A program made the position numbers and the translations under genes. Below, piece by piece: positions 13,425 through 26,756 of a DNA stretch of 64,000 nt. The notes beneath the pieces are model-generated. The model did not search any database and had not been told where the DNA came from. It saw only the letters and a list, made by a program, of their open reading frames with translations. The stretch is from the NCBI GenBank assembly GCA_051362555.1, contig CM120641.1, positions 33,300,401 through 33,364,400 of the forward strand, read 5' to 3'. Position 1 is the first letter of the stretch, and every line of letters begins with the position of its first letter. Source of the stretch: Lingula anatina (Eukaryota; Animalia; Brachiopoda).

Positions 13425-14795
13425 CTGTATCACCTGTCCATAAGTTAACTTTCCCAAGAGAATTCTGGAACGCTTTTGCTCCTTAGAGATATTTAACTTT
13501 TCTTGTTTTACTGTGATTAGTTTCATCTTAAAGGTTGGACATCTGTTTTGACAATGTTCACTTGTAAACAAGAGAAAATATGGCAAATTATCTTGATGCT
13601 TGAAATCTAGTGTCAGACCAAATATTTATTTTTTTATCTTTTTGGAATTATGTAGTATTTATTGATCTGGAAGCTTTAAAATTCTAAAAATTCAAATACA
13701 TCTGAATTATATAAATGAAAAGTATAAATTATAAAATGCAACACAAGGGCATCAATATTTTATTCCAGAAAAGGAGGCAGCGTTCTTTAATGATAATGAT
13801 ATGATAACATGATAATGATAACAGTGTTTTATGGCTATCCTTTATTTATTGGAGTTCAGTATTGTGATTCTCCTCCCATTATTTTCATACTTCAGAAATG
13901 TGATGAATTGGAGGTAAAATCTTCTTTTTGGGGAAGGCTGTCACATCTAGCACAATCACTTCCAGCCCAATCACATTACTCACAACCAATATGTCAAGTC
14001 AAAAAAATTCAATAACAGTAACAACTGATTACTTCTGCCAGTGAAGTGTTTTTTTTTTTTTTAATTTTTATTTATCTATTTATTTATTTGTTTTTGTTAG
14101 TGGACAAGAAATCTCAAGTATGATTCCACAAAATTTTGATCACTTTCAGGGTGGACAGATTTTAGAAGTTTTGTTGGTTGTATCATTCAGTAGTTATCTT
14201 CTCCATATGGTCTTAGAGTACTCTCTAGTTTTAGAATTAGTAATTGAGCTTCCTTGTTCCCACATCAAGTTAGACATAATCAATTTCCTGAGTTTTTAAC
14301 ATACAAGTTTATTCACTTTCAGCAATTCTTAAATTAGTGGAGGCAGTGTATGACTTAATATTTAACACTTTCTTACTGTATTTGTTTTATTTGAAAGGGA
14401 AATGTGGCCATATTCATTTTAAATGTGTGAGGATTTATCAGTGGGTATAATGTTATGAACATATGTTATGCCTTATGTTATCTTGCATATAATAACTGTT
14501 TACAAGAGTGAAAGTTAAGGTGTTTGGACAGAGTTAGTGTGGTTTAATTTTAATTTGGGTTTCAGTTAGTGACCATAGCTAGTTCAGATCAAAATTTTAA
14601 CACTATCCTTAGAAACCAGTGGCATTTTTTTTTCACCAGTTTCTTTGTGTATAACAAATATATGAGCAAATAGGGAGTTATGTCTTTCAATTCGAGATTT
14701 CCTTTTATTTTCTCAATTAAAAAAAACGTGTGCAATATAAGCAAAGAATCTTAAGAAAGGTATATGGCTGATAACTACTTCTCATGCAGTGTTCA

Positions 14796-14797
14796 AA

Positions 14798-14848
<51 letters not shown>

Positions 14849-14850
14849 AT
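14796..14850. repeat. (AAAT)n microsatellite
   Basis: Directly visible. Confidence 0.95.
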
Positions 14851-16039
14851 ACTTGAGAAACAACAAGAAGGGAAGTGGGAGGACTGAATTATTTATAGTG
14901 TATCATGTGCTTTGCCATGCTCACCTGCACATAGGATTGTTCTTTATGTTGGGAGGTTGTTGCACTATGACATGCTGTTAATGTGCTCATGTAATTCTTA
15001 ATGTATTGGTTATGCAGTGCTGTTGGTAAATTAAGCATGTAAACTGTTCTGACAGTTTCTTCTGTGGGTTCCTTTAGAGATGCTTATCAGTGTTTTGTTG
15101 GTGAAATTTGGTGTTATCATAGTCTTTGGTACTTTATTTGATAGTTATATGATAGATTTTTAAAAAAACACATTAATAGAGTTCAGTTTAACTAGAATGT
15201 TTGATAGCTCATCTAGATCTCAGTCATGTTCTTATATAATGAATATCACAGAATGACATTCCATTAGGTTTATGCCTACAAATCACAAGTCATCTTACAG
15301 GTTCAATCCACTAAATTGATTGCTTGTGAACCCTGGACTAAATTGTATTCCATATCTATATAAAGATATAATTTCCTGTTATCTTTTGCTGTTGACAGTT
15401 TAGGGCAGTGATGCCCTCAGTGTATCTTTTCTTGACATCCAGTGGCATCCAATATTTGCGCTGAACAGCTCTGTTTTTATGGAAAAAGTATAATTACCTT
15501 AATACCAAGCAGCATTTTGCTTTTTGTCAAATGTATGCCAGTGACTTTGGTGATGTGTAAAATAAAGGGTTTTTCTTATTTAATTTTTGTTTGTTATGAA
15601 AAAAAATAATAGTAACACAGAAGAAACCCCCACCCCCAGTGCAGCTGAATGGAAAAAATGTCATACTTTGCACTTATTTTATTTTTAAAATGTGACAAGA
15701 AGGAGTATGGTGTGGTATGGGGATGATTCATTGGGCTAGCTCTCTGTGAAGAGATCTTGAGTAATTGTAAAAGCCACTGATTCAGAAATTGAACATGCTG
15801 GTATGCTGGAAAATATCTCTACCCCAAGCTGCTGCCATATTCCAGAAAGTTATAAGGGCGAAGATAAATGACTCACTACTATCAAATATGTATGAATGTA
15901 ACGAAAATGATTTAAAGACATCTTGATACGTTGGAAAGGCACTCCTGTAAGCTTGTTTTTGTCTTATTTATTCAAATGGAGATATACATTTGTGGAAATG
16001 TGGTGGTGCAAACTGATATGTAAAGCATTAGTCACAAAC

Positions 16040-16297
16040 TTTTTTTGCAAAAACTGGAACTTTATTGCAATAAAAATATATAACAAACACTGTACAATTG
16101 ATACAGAAATGGCAGTGGGTTGCTGGAATATTTTTGTTTCAGAAATATACCTGCCAATTAAAAATAATCAATATGGTCGTGTTGGAGTTGTATCGTCATG
16201 GAGAAGAGATTACTTGAATTCACATCTTAAAATAACACAATGGTGTCACACCTAACACAATACTGACGAATCTACTTTGTTCACTGCAGAGTGAGAA
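16040..16297 (-). repeat. ~260-bp dispersed repeat, copy 1 (probable 3' end of a retroposed element)
   Basis: Highly similar to 26145-26407. Begins on the + strand with a T-run followed by TTTATT, which reads AATAAA plus A-tail on the minus strand. Confidence 0.75.
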
Positions 16298-17078
16298 ATA
16301 TGATAGGTCCTCTATCTAAAACGTTCCAAAAAGAAGTACGTTTTCCACGAGCGTGCAACAGGGCCTAAATTGTGCAGCCAAAACAATGTTTCGCCCAGTG
16401 TTTTGTCCGATTTCGCCAACTTTATCGAATATGCCATTTTATCAGTGAATGAATCCTGGCTTGTGAAATTGAAAAATCGAGCATCCTTCTGCCGCATAAT
16501 ATATCAGCGACCCAAACACATTCAAGATGTGCAACTGCAGGACAAAATAAAGGTACTTCCGAATCATCCTCCCCGCCCCCCACTCAGCCACCCTATACCT
16601 CTCTAATTTTTCAGGTTAATCAAAATTAAGTTTGGTGACAAAAGATTTATGTACAAGTCATCGTTAAATTATATGTAGTACCAGTAAATAAATTGTCAAA
16701 ATAATTTGTCTGAATAGCAGAGACATTGTTTAAAGTTACCACAAATAAAATTAGAAAAGATATTGAAAATTTATACTCCCGCTCACGTGACCCACAGGCG
16801 GGAAATCAGTGATATGAGTGAAATAATCATACGATGTGATAATTTATCACAATCCTGTTACAACCCGGTGAAACATTACAAGGCACTGGTAAAATGGCAT
16901 TCCATCTTTTATTCTGTTAATGTTCGTGGCAAATGACCAGGTGCATGTTCGATCGAAGATTTTGATAGGTACATTGACTAACAGAAGGAGCGAAATTAGA
17001 GTATGCCTAATTAATGGATAATAAATGGATATTTTCTATATATCGATCCGTGTTGCCAACACTTAAGACATTTCAGTG

Positions 17079-17086
17079 TATATAAA
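17079..17086 (+). promoter_or_regulatory. TATA box of the glycine-rich secreted protein gene
   Basis: TATATAAA about 75 bp upstream of ATG 17159. Confidence 0.5.
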
Positions 17087-17158
17087 ACAATCAAACGTTT
17101 GCGCTGAATCGGTCAATGCCCTTCAAGCCAAATAACTCTCGCAGATCAGAACATTAAG

Positions 17159-20100
17159 ATGCTGATTGACTACCATTTAATTGTTGTTGTCAGCTTATTT
17201 GGTAAGTAATGATAAAAATTTAAATGTTCACTTAACTAAGAATGATATTTGGTTTTTGTTGTTTCTACAATCCTATCAAATGGCGTCGCATCCAAGTTTG
17301 TAATTTTTTTGTAATTTTTCTTTAACCTAAGATGGCTAGTACTAGTAGGGAAAGAAGAATTTTCCTAAAATTGTGTAATCACCTAACTGTCATACAAAAT
17401 TACTCAAAAAGAAGTTTGCTTTTGTAAACGAAATCAGACATAATTCCTTTTTTATCCAGGTGTCATCACCGCCACCGACCAATATCTACAATATGCCAAT
17501 CTACCTGGTCTTTTCCACGAATCCAACACAACCAGGCAGGGGTGTTTTGCCGAATGTTCTAAATTCAAGCCGGTCGGTCCCCATGGCTTTGAATGTCTCC
17601 AGGCCAAATACGAGTCCGCTCGAGAGGTGTGTGTCCTTTTGCTAGGTAAGTCGACTTATTCACGTTTGACCGCATGAATTTGAGCATGAAATTTAGCGTT
17701 TAGAAATAATAAAATTTATCCTATTTTTTAATTTATTGTAGAATAAGAAAATTTAATACCACTTTCAGGTGTGTTGTTTTAGTTTAAGATTGTCTCTCCC
17801 TTTGCCTTACCCTAAGCTTCAGACACGATGCGTGTCAGTTTTTGAATTCTCGAACTTTAATCACAACGAATTCTCGTCAACACTGACTTTCGCCATTAAT
17901 TCAAGATTGCCACGTGAATTTTTAAAGGTTATTGGTTCATTTAATTTGGCAATCAGGCGCTTCACTTTGCTAACAAGTCTTTTTTCAGTACCTTGAAAAT
18001 AGTATTATCTGTAGATGTACGTCCATGATACTTTCCTTTAATGTATTTCAACTCAGTTGTTTTGGTCGATGGTATTTGAAGATTTGGGTCTACTGTTATA
18101 GGGCGCATCGTGATAACATTACAATTGCATTTGAAACCGTATTGAACTTTGCCTTTACATCATCAATTTAACTTGATAGCTGAATAAACTTATTTACGAT
18201 TAGGATGTGTTGGACAGAAAGAACTTGTTCAATGCGAAAGAAGAGGTACAATATATTTGTTACGGGGTTTTTGGCTTCGTAACTATGGATGAAATGAGTC
18301 AAGTTCTCGGAATATATACGTTTATTTTCTTTCTGAAGTACAGCTTACAAATTTCTAAGTGTTACTTTCAATCCTGAAGCAACTGCTCTTACGAATTGCT
18401 GATCCTCCGTTTTAGCACTTGAGCTTTTTGGAACTTAATGTTATTTTACCCTTTATTATCATCCAGATACCGAAAATTTTACTTAGTGAACATGCTGATT
18501 GCATGGACAATGCGTGAAATCATCATACCCAAACGCTGGATTACATGAGATTGGATACAAAGATCATCTGCGTCATGCAGCTAATATCTTCACCTTACTA
18601 TGTTACGTGCTGCAAGAGGCAGGTCGTTGTTTTTGCTTAATTAACATAAGGTATCAATGTCCAAATTTCCATAACTAATTGACACGCCTTAGAAATAAAA
18701 CGTGACTTCACAAGTTAAATACAAAGATGGTCATAAGGTACAGCTATACAGTGCACGGGGTTATAGAGCACTCGATATATTAGAGAGGGGTTTTTTTAAC
18801 TCAAAATTTTCATTTTAAACGTTATGAAACCCCGTGACATATGACCTTCCAGCGATGAAAGATTTGCCTCCTGGCAAAGGTATAACAGCACAATAAGGCT
18901 ATCGTATCAAATAATATTAATAACATGAACAACTAAGAATTAAGCGAAAAACATTTCGATCATAGTAAAAGAAAATAATCAATGGATTAAGCTTTTACGG
19001 TGGCTAACACTGGATGCAACTGTAAGTACAATTTGCGCAGTCCTGAACGCAAAGAGACGGTGAAATATAAAAGAGATCCATGAATATGCCAGAGTTCATT
19101 TACTTTATAGCTTGTCCATCGCAGTATAGAGTTAAGTCCTGAATGTACACAGTTATTTTAAGTACATTAAAATATTCATGAACACGTCCAGTGTGGCATA
19201 TTTCATTCTGGTAGTAGCAGTTCCAAACCGTTCCTTTAAAGTGTAGCCATCGATTTTGAAGTTATGGTAACAAATATGTGAACTATACATTATGAAACAA
19301 ATCACGGACTGTAGGCCTACATCATTGGAGAATTACAGAATACTGATAGTCGTTTACATCATGGATACAGTTCGTGCTGGATTAAAGGTAAGTTATCAGT
19401 CTATGATGATTGAGTTAGAGCTAGGTCCTGATGGGGCTGGTCTGTTTTGTACACGAGTCGTATTTTGGTCGTATTTTGGTGCAGGTGGTCAGTGCATCCT
19501 GGATGGCGTTGTACGCCGGTGGTAGCAACGGGAGGCGTCTGTATATTGGAGTTAGATCGGCCATAGTGAGGAATGCTATTTGAGGACATTCCACACTTGC
19601 TCGTTCCAGTTCCAGTCGAAGGAGATAGGGCACTGGGCCACCAACAATGATGATAACCTTCGGCTCTGGTTGGTCTCGCCATTGCGCAGGTGAGGGTGAA
19701 CAATATGGCCAGAAGGAAGCCGAAGGAATCTGGGGTTGACGGTTGCCATTTCACGATGCCTAGTAGGCGTGGGAGCCATACCACATTTGCGACATGCAGC
19801 TTGACGAAAAGGACAAAACTGGCGAACGTGTACATTACCACTGCCATTGCACTGTTGTCCTCCTCTGCTGTCCATCTGTTGCTGTCCAAACGTGGGTCTC
19901 TGTGGTGGCGGTAGGGCTGCTGACCTTGCATAATTAAGGTTCCTGCCGTCTGCTTTAAGCACAGCTGGTGTTTGACGCAATTAACCTTTGTCAGATTGTT
20001 CTTACAAAGAGTCAAAAAAGTCCCTATCTTTATTGTTGTTGATAAAAGCCTTAGGAACCATTCTATCGACTACGATATTTAACGGGTTTAAATAATTGAT

Positions 20101-23100
20101 ATGAGGTTTGAAAAATTTTGTAACCCAGCAATTTGTTCCCTTGTTTCTTATGATTAATTAGTTTGGCACCAATTCAAGATAGGCGGTCTTCCTTGAAATT
20201 GCTTTCAGTATTAATATCACTTTTTTCATCACCGGTATTAATGAGGCGTTAAAATGTTTCCTTTTGCTGCGTTTTAATAGTGAAATTTACTTTCTATGCT
20301 CCACGTTTTGCAAGATAATGTTGTAGGTAATCTCTAGCTGATTCTCTCTGATTCTCTATTCTCTATCTCTATATCTAATTCTCTGTTATATCCGAATGCT
20401 CTCCCTAAGGATATTGTCATCCTTCGTCCAAAACTTCTTATTTACTTACATACATTCTTTTGGGCGATTTAATGACACCATTCAGTACTCAAAATCACTG
20501 CCAGTGATTTTTCTTAAAACTCTTAGTTCGGATTTTATCGTTGATAAAGCAAAAATAATGCCTTTGTTTAATAAAATGTGTAATAAGGGGCTCATTACTC
20601 CATAACAAAAACATTTAAACCAAAATGACGGCACAGGATTGTGACCCATATACTCGTGGTCAAATGTGCTAATTTTCGTGATAAAAACTAAGATCCATGC
20701 GCCAACCACCACGATTTTCTAGGACAATGCCATTCGTTGATAAAGCAAAATAATGCCTTTCTGTAATGGACATTTGTAATTAGGGGCTCATATCTCTATA
20801 ACAAAAGTATTTAAACCAAAATGACGGCACGGGATTGTAGCCTATACTCTCCTGGTCAACTCTGCCAATTTTCGTGATAAAATCTTGTTCAGGGATGAAG
20901 TTACGCCCCCATGCTATCTCACCTCAAAATAGAAAGGCGTTAAATTGATGATTAAAGCTTTGATTTGCCTATGCTTATACATTGCACTGAGAATTATAAA
21001 CCCCGATATTTTATATTTTCGAGGTTTTTTATTGTTTTAAATCAGCACAAAGATAGATTCTCAATTGAATAATTGGATGCAGGAGTAACCTCATTTTCGG
21101 TATCTGGATGATAATAAAGGGTTACAAAAGCCTGTAACACCTTTTTATTGTCATATTACATGGTCTGAATATTAAGAACTAATTCTGTGACGGTTCACTT
21201 TTTGGTTGTTTTTCAAACGAGTATCATACATCATACCATCTACTGCGATATATGATTGTGTTACATTTATTTTCGATTAATGATCTTATATATTATTCAA
21301 TATGTTGATGTCATTACAATACAGATAAAGACGAGTGTGTGGACGGCACCCACCAGTGTCAAGAAACATGTGTCAACACCGCCGGCAGTTACAGATGCGA
21401 GTGCAGCAGCGGCCTGTTATTGGATTCAGACGGGTTTTCCTGCATAACACGTACGTTATTTCCTTATACATATGCCTACAGATGTTATGTGACCGTGGCT
21501 ACGTACGCTTTAAATACTCGGTTTTAGGGGTGATATTGGGGTGAAACACGAGTACTTTCTCTGAGTGTGTACGTTTAATAATACACTGCCACCCTCTGGC
21601 TGACGCTCGAGGGGTTCTGGCATATATCGCCCGGGTAGCAGTGAATTATCTCACGCTTACAACTGTTAATATCTTCTCTTATCATCGTTAAATCAAATTC
21701 TTGTCAGTCAGAATACGGGAATTTTTTAGTTTCAAATATGTGCAACCAAGTGCGACTGCTAATAGACGGGGAATTTTAAGATCTCAAATTCTGAATTTTT
21801 CAATCAGAATACGAAGAAATCGACTCCGCATTAATAATGCTCAGCTTTTTCCTTTTGGTATAAGCTGTAGCTTACGATTATTACCTTATTTGAACATATT
21901 TTCGGTCCTTTAGTGTCGGAGTTATGCAGAGTCTATTGTGCCACGTATTTTTCTCATTTTTATAAATGATAATGCACTCAAAATATGTTAAAGTTTACCT
22001 CATAGGCATTTTAAAAATACTATTATTTTAAAAATACTATTCAGGTACCTGTTCGTTGTGAGATAATATTGTTTTTGAGGACTTTTGCTATAGGAAAAAG
22101 ACATCAACGGCTATTATTTAATGTCAATACTTGATTTCAATCTGAAGCATGGGAACATCCCAAGTAGCGTGTCATTAAGAATGGTGTCATATTGTATCCT
22201 TCTTTATTCTGTAGCGTTCGGAGGTGGGACATTCACAAACCTTGGCGCCACAGGAAGGGATGGACCTACTTCGGTGGGCTCTCACTATGACGGTACAGAC
22301 CTTCAGGGACTGGTGACTGTTACCAACGGCATCCAGTCCATAACCATGCCTGCCGGTGGTACTTACAGAATAGAGGCTGCAGGTAAGTGGACGGCACAGA
22401 CTCTTTACTACTTAGGCGTAAAATTAACTTTTTGGTAGAAGTCTCTTGCGACGGTGCTGATGTTAAACGGGACTTTTGTTTTTATATGTTGGAGAAGCAT
22501 TGTTCCACTGTTTGGTCATGGAAGTTTATTCTAATCTTCCATGGTCTGGTAAAATAAACCCGGTATTTATGCAAGGTTAAATGATCTTTCCCACAAAACT
22601 ATTGGCATATGCTTATTTTTTAGGTGCCGCTGGCGGGTGTGACAATAGTGGGTGTACAAACCGAGGCTACGGCGCGTATGTGGTTGGAGACTTTACGCTT
22701 AATGCAGGTAAATATGCGCTTGCGTGTGAGTTTGTGTGTGCATGCACGGTATGGAAAAGTGTATTTGGGCATGTCTGTGCATATATGCAAGTATCACGAA
22801 TTATATGAAAATAAATCTTTTAGGTTAGTCTTCGTGCACACCCAGCAGTGAGCAGTCATCCCAGCCTGCATAACTATCGCTAATTCTTGACCAACGGCTA
22901 TTTTACAGGTGACCAACTGAAGATTCTAGTAGGACAAATGGGCGGTGAGAATTCCTATTCCTCCTGCGGTGGTGGTGGCGGCACATTCTTGACGTACGCT
23001 GATAACACGCCTATCATCATAGCTGGTGGCGGGGGAGGTATTGAGGGGGCTTCAACTCGGCGAGCAACGTGTGGTGGCACTACAAGCACTACCGGAAACA

Positions 23101-23516
23101 GCGGTCACAGCGGTGGTACAACTTGGCCTGGTGGTTCAAACGGAGAGGGCGCTTCAACTGCGGACACCAGTAATTCAGGCGGCGGCGGCGGTGGCCTGCT
23201 GACTAACGGGCGCAGTAGCAGTGAGTTTGGAGGATCCTACGGTACGGGAGGTGAGGGTGGATTCGCTTTTGTTAACGGAGGTACTGGTGGCAGGCCGAAA
23301 TCACACAATGCCTGGGGAGGATTCGGTGGTGGGGCCGGGGCATATGGCAACGGCGGAGGGTCGGGGGGCGGAGGCGGTTACTCGGGTGGAGCTAGCGGAG
23401 ATAATTACGGAGATTCATGCGCTGGAGGAGGGGGCTCGTACAACGCAGGAGACAACACTTCGGGTCAAAACGATTACAACAATGGTCATGGTTATCTGAT
23501 CATGACCAGAATATAA
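17159..23516 (+). CDS. Secreted protein: signal peptide, PAN/apple-like Cys module, calcium-binding EGF domain and ALK/LTK-type glycine-rich domain; no TM or kinase
   Basis: Exons joined by phase-1 introns: 17159-17201, 17460-17645, 18204-18245 (less certain), 21325-21450 ([27 protein letters not shown]...), 22215-22382 ([13 protein letters not shown]...[19 protein letters not shown]), 22624-22707 and 22909-23516 (LKILVGQMG...GGGGGTF...IIAGGGGG...GGFGGG...GGGGGYSGG...GGGGSYN...[10 protein letters not shown]). These motifs typify the ALK/LTK extracellular glycine-rich region. Confidence 0.8.
19576..19980 (-). mobile_element. Possible degenerate LTR-retrotransposon gag remnant
   Basis: GC-richer intronic island. 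[26 protein letters not shown] resembles the double zinc knuckle of Ty3/gypsy gag. No LTRs or pol seen. Confidence 0.3.
20539..20885. repeat. Two diverged tandem copies of a ~196-bp unit
   Basis: CGTTGATAAAGCAAAA...TTTAAACCAAAATGACGGCAC...AATTTTCGTGATAAAA starts at 20539 and again at 20735. Confidence 0.8.
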
Positions 23517-24987
23517 TCCACAAACTTTTTACCTAGCCTGGGCGATAAATACGTCACGCCTGCCTTTGTAAAGCTTTACTTATAAAAGTTACATGCATTT
23601 ATCTTTTTGAAATTAATGTCGGGTGACCACTGTTATGAATGATAATGTTCTAACTTTGGTCCTGTCAGTTGAGCAAAGGAAATGTTTATGCTTAGAACGG
23701 CTCCTCAGCTTGGAATTCGACGGGGTGATGTTTTTTCACCGACTCTTTTGTCCATTTACCTAAATGACCTTAGATTTGAAATCAAAAGTCTCGGTTCTTG
23801 TAGTAAACTGTTATAATACTCTAGTATATAAATTTCTAAACGCTGATGACTGTTTCTGAAATTTATTTGCATGAAGTGATTAATGTAGCAGAAAATTGAC
23901 GCAGGAAATGGTGTTTAGTTGGAAAAAAATGTATTGCACTTTTCTAAAACATGTAAAAATGAATTTGACCTAAGACAGGGGCATATCTAGTACGGAAAAA
24001 ATTAAATAAACGGCTGATGAATGACAAACATCTCGTTAATACCAATATTAGATCTGTCTTCAGTGCCTTGCAAATAAGTAACAATTTTTTTAGCGCAATT
24101 TATTTTTAGGTAAAATTCACCTGTCTGTGTGATATGTAAGCCATTTGTGACTGGTTGTTCTTTTTTTGTATAAAGTTATTGTATTTTCGTTGTATTATCT
24201 GGAAACACGTTATGATAATAAAAAAAAACTATCTACAGTAAAACAGACGTAACGAACCGGCGTTCAATTCAGTTACTCACAGGATAACTGGCTTTCTTTT
24301 CTTTTTCTTTTCTCTTTTTGTACATACCTATTGTACTCTAGTTGTATTTTCTGGAAACACGTTACGGTAAGAAAAAATTTCGTCTATCTGCATTGTCTAC
24401 ATCTTAACAACCGAAACAAACCGGTTCAGTCCAGTTACTCGCAGGCTTTCTTTTCTTTCTTTTTTCCGAGTCGCTACAGCCTGTTGCTGCTTTTAATTTG
24501 TTTAAAAAAAAAACTGGAAATGAACACAAGTAACATTGGCATTTATCGACGTAGTATAGAAAAATATCGCCGAAGGGGGTAGATATCTTTATGATATCAT
24601 CGACACTACCGATTTGATTACATAATTCACATAGTTAATTATTTAAAAGATTAAATAACTATCAGCACAACTACGTATGAATTAGCGTCATAACGGTGGT
24701 CAATACGATTCAATGAGCTATATAGCTCATTGATCGGAATTAGTCTACCATAACTAAAGATCAATAACCGTCTCATCATTACGCAATGAAATACTTGTCG
24801 TGCACATTGTTTCTCTATTCAGCCGTTTATGCTAAGCTTTGTCAGGCCCGCTGTACTTCAATGTATCGGCCAACATAACCCCAACTTCAATATTATGATT
24901 TTAAAACACAAGACGGTCAAAAGAAACATTCTTTTTGCTTACATGAGATGTTAAAATAGTGTTCTGACAAACATTAATCTAAAAGTA

Positions 24988-25260
24988 CAGGGGCGGATCC
25001 AGGATTATTTGAAGGGGGGGTGGGAGGTGTGGGTGTCCGCGGATGCGAAGCCGACCTCCCTCTTCCCCCCCCCCCCCCCTTTGGCGTGGGGTTCGGGCCC
25101 TTCAGCGGGTCCCGAAAATTTTTGGTAATTTAGAGAGGAGAACGGTGCTATTTGGTACGGTTTAGAACTATGGTTCAGCTAGTCAAAATTCTAATTTCAA
25201 GAGGGAACCATTGGTGTGATTTTTTTCAGAAATCGATTGACCCCCCTAACACCCCCACTG
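24988..25260. mobile_element. MITE related to 1582-1682
   Basis: CAGGGGCGGATCCAGGATTATTTGAAGGGGGGG...CGGATGCGAAGCC is the reverse complement of the 1582-1682 element. Right end uncertain. Confidence 0.65.
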
Positions 25261-26144
25261 CACTAAGAGCCAATTGAGAAGGCCGAGCCTCCAGTAAGCT
25301 ATGGCCATTATTAAATAATTTAGCAACCCACGAAGAGTTGGATAAATACATAGACGTATCATAAAAAATTGGGAATATCAGGAAGTTCGAACAAGCTGTT
25401 GGTGCCTTCTGCTGTGGCGCTCTCTGTAATAATCAAGAAAAAAAAAATACTAATGTTTAATAATACCATGGCAACCAACAGGTTGAAGCTTCACAAAGAA
25501 ACATAAAACTTGTTAACATATGCACAAAATCAGGCCCATGAAACACAAGTTTCTAAGAACGAAGAAATCCAAGATATACAGTTACACGTACTCAATGGAC
25601 GTATAATCGAGTGCACTTCTGGTCTTAACATACTAAAAATGACAAATTGTCAAGATTCACCCACCACTCAGATTACTTCCTTCAACCCTCTTGTTCAGGG
25701 AGTGGCGGAGGTTTTCATGGTGAAGTAGCCTTGTAAAACAAAAGCAAGCAAAAAATGTCACGGTAATGATTTTTCCATGGGGAAAGTTATCGATCTTTCA
25801 GACACACAAAATGCAAATCATTAAAAATATACTTCTACGTAGCATTTCTGATGCTTCAGGTGCATGGAATAGAACTATTAGGTGGCCTGCTTTTCAATTT
25901 TGTTGCTAACACTAAATATGTATGTTCTAATCTTAAGAATAAATGACTTTTATACAGAATCCGTAAAATTCATAATTTTCCTCATTGAAAGATCGAATCA
26001 TTACCGTATTTTAACTTATACACGCCAAGGATATCCTGTGAGAGGAGTCTTCTAATAATTCTTTCGCCTAATACTCACTTTAGGTTCCGCACATACGTCA
26101 GAATGTGGTAAAATAAATGAATACAAACAACATTTTGAGATTGA

Positions 26145-26407
26145 TTTTTTTTTTTTGCAAAATCCGAACTTTATTTCAATAAAAATATATAACAAACACT
26201 GTACAATTGATACAGAAATGGCAGTGGGTTGCTGGAATATTTTTGTTTCAGAAATATTTACCTGCCGATTACAAATAATCAAAATGGCCGCGTTGGAGTT
26301 GCATCGTCATGGAGAAGAGATTACTTGCATTCACATCTTAAAATAAAACAATGGTGTCACACCTAACACAATACAGACATACCCACTTTGTCCACAGCAG
26401 AGTGAGA
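26145..26407 (-). repeat. ~260-bp dispersed repeat, copy 2
   Basis: Aligns by eye with 16040-16297. Confidence 0.75.
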
Positions 26408-26582
26408 CTGTTCACAGAAGAGCAAGGACCGGTGTGACGAAACTGTGGGTCCTCGTAACAGAGAGTCCAGCCTTCATTTAATTATACAGGTTAGGGTTAG
26501 CCTGACGTAAGTGGATCAAACTATGACGAGGCTTACCTGTGCAAATTAGTGAGAAACGGACTCTCTTTAATGGGGGGACTCT

Positions 26583-26756
26583 AGGCCCATTCAGAATAGG
26601 GGACCAACTAGTCCAAGGGTCAAATATGGCCGACCCACTTGAATACTTTCCACGGGATATCTATTCAGTGCCTATTAGTGGATTAAACAGCAAGCTTTGG
26701 AATGGGTCGCCATATTTGACCCTCGGACTAGTTAGTGCCATATTCTGAATGGGCCT
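26583..26756. mobile_element. Fold-back MITE
   Basis: TIR AGGCCCATTCAGAATA / TATTCTGAATGGGCCT plus inner arms ACTAGTCC.AGGGTCAAATATGG. A partial copy lies at about 29095-29155. Confidence 0.75.

Noticed and set aside
26489-26500. GGTTAGGGTTAG telomere-like word
   Set aside because: Only two units, compatible with chance.
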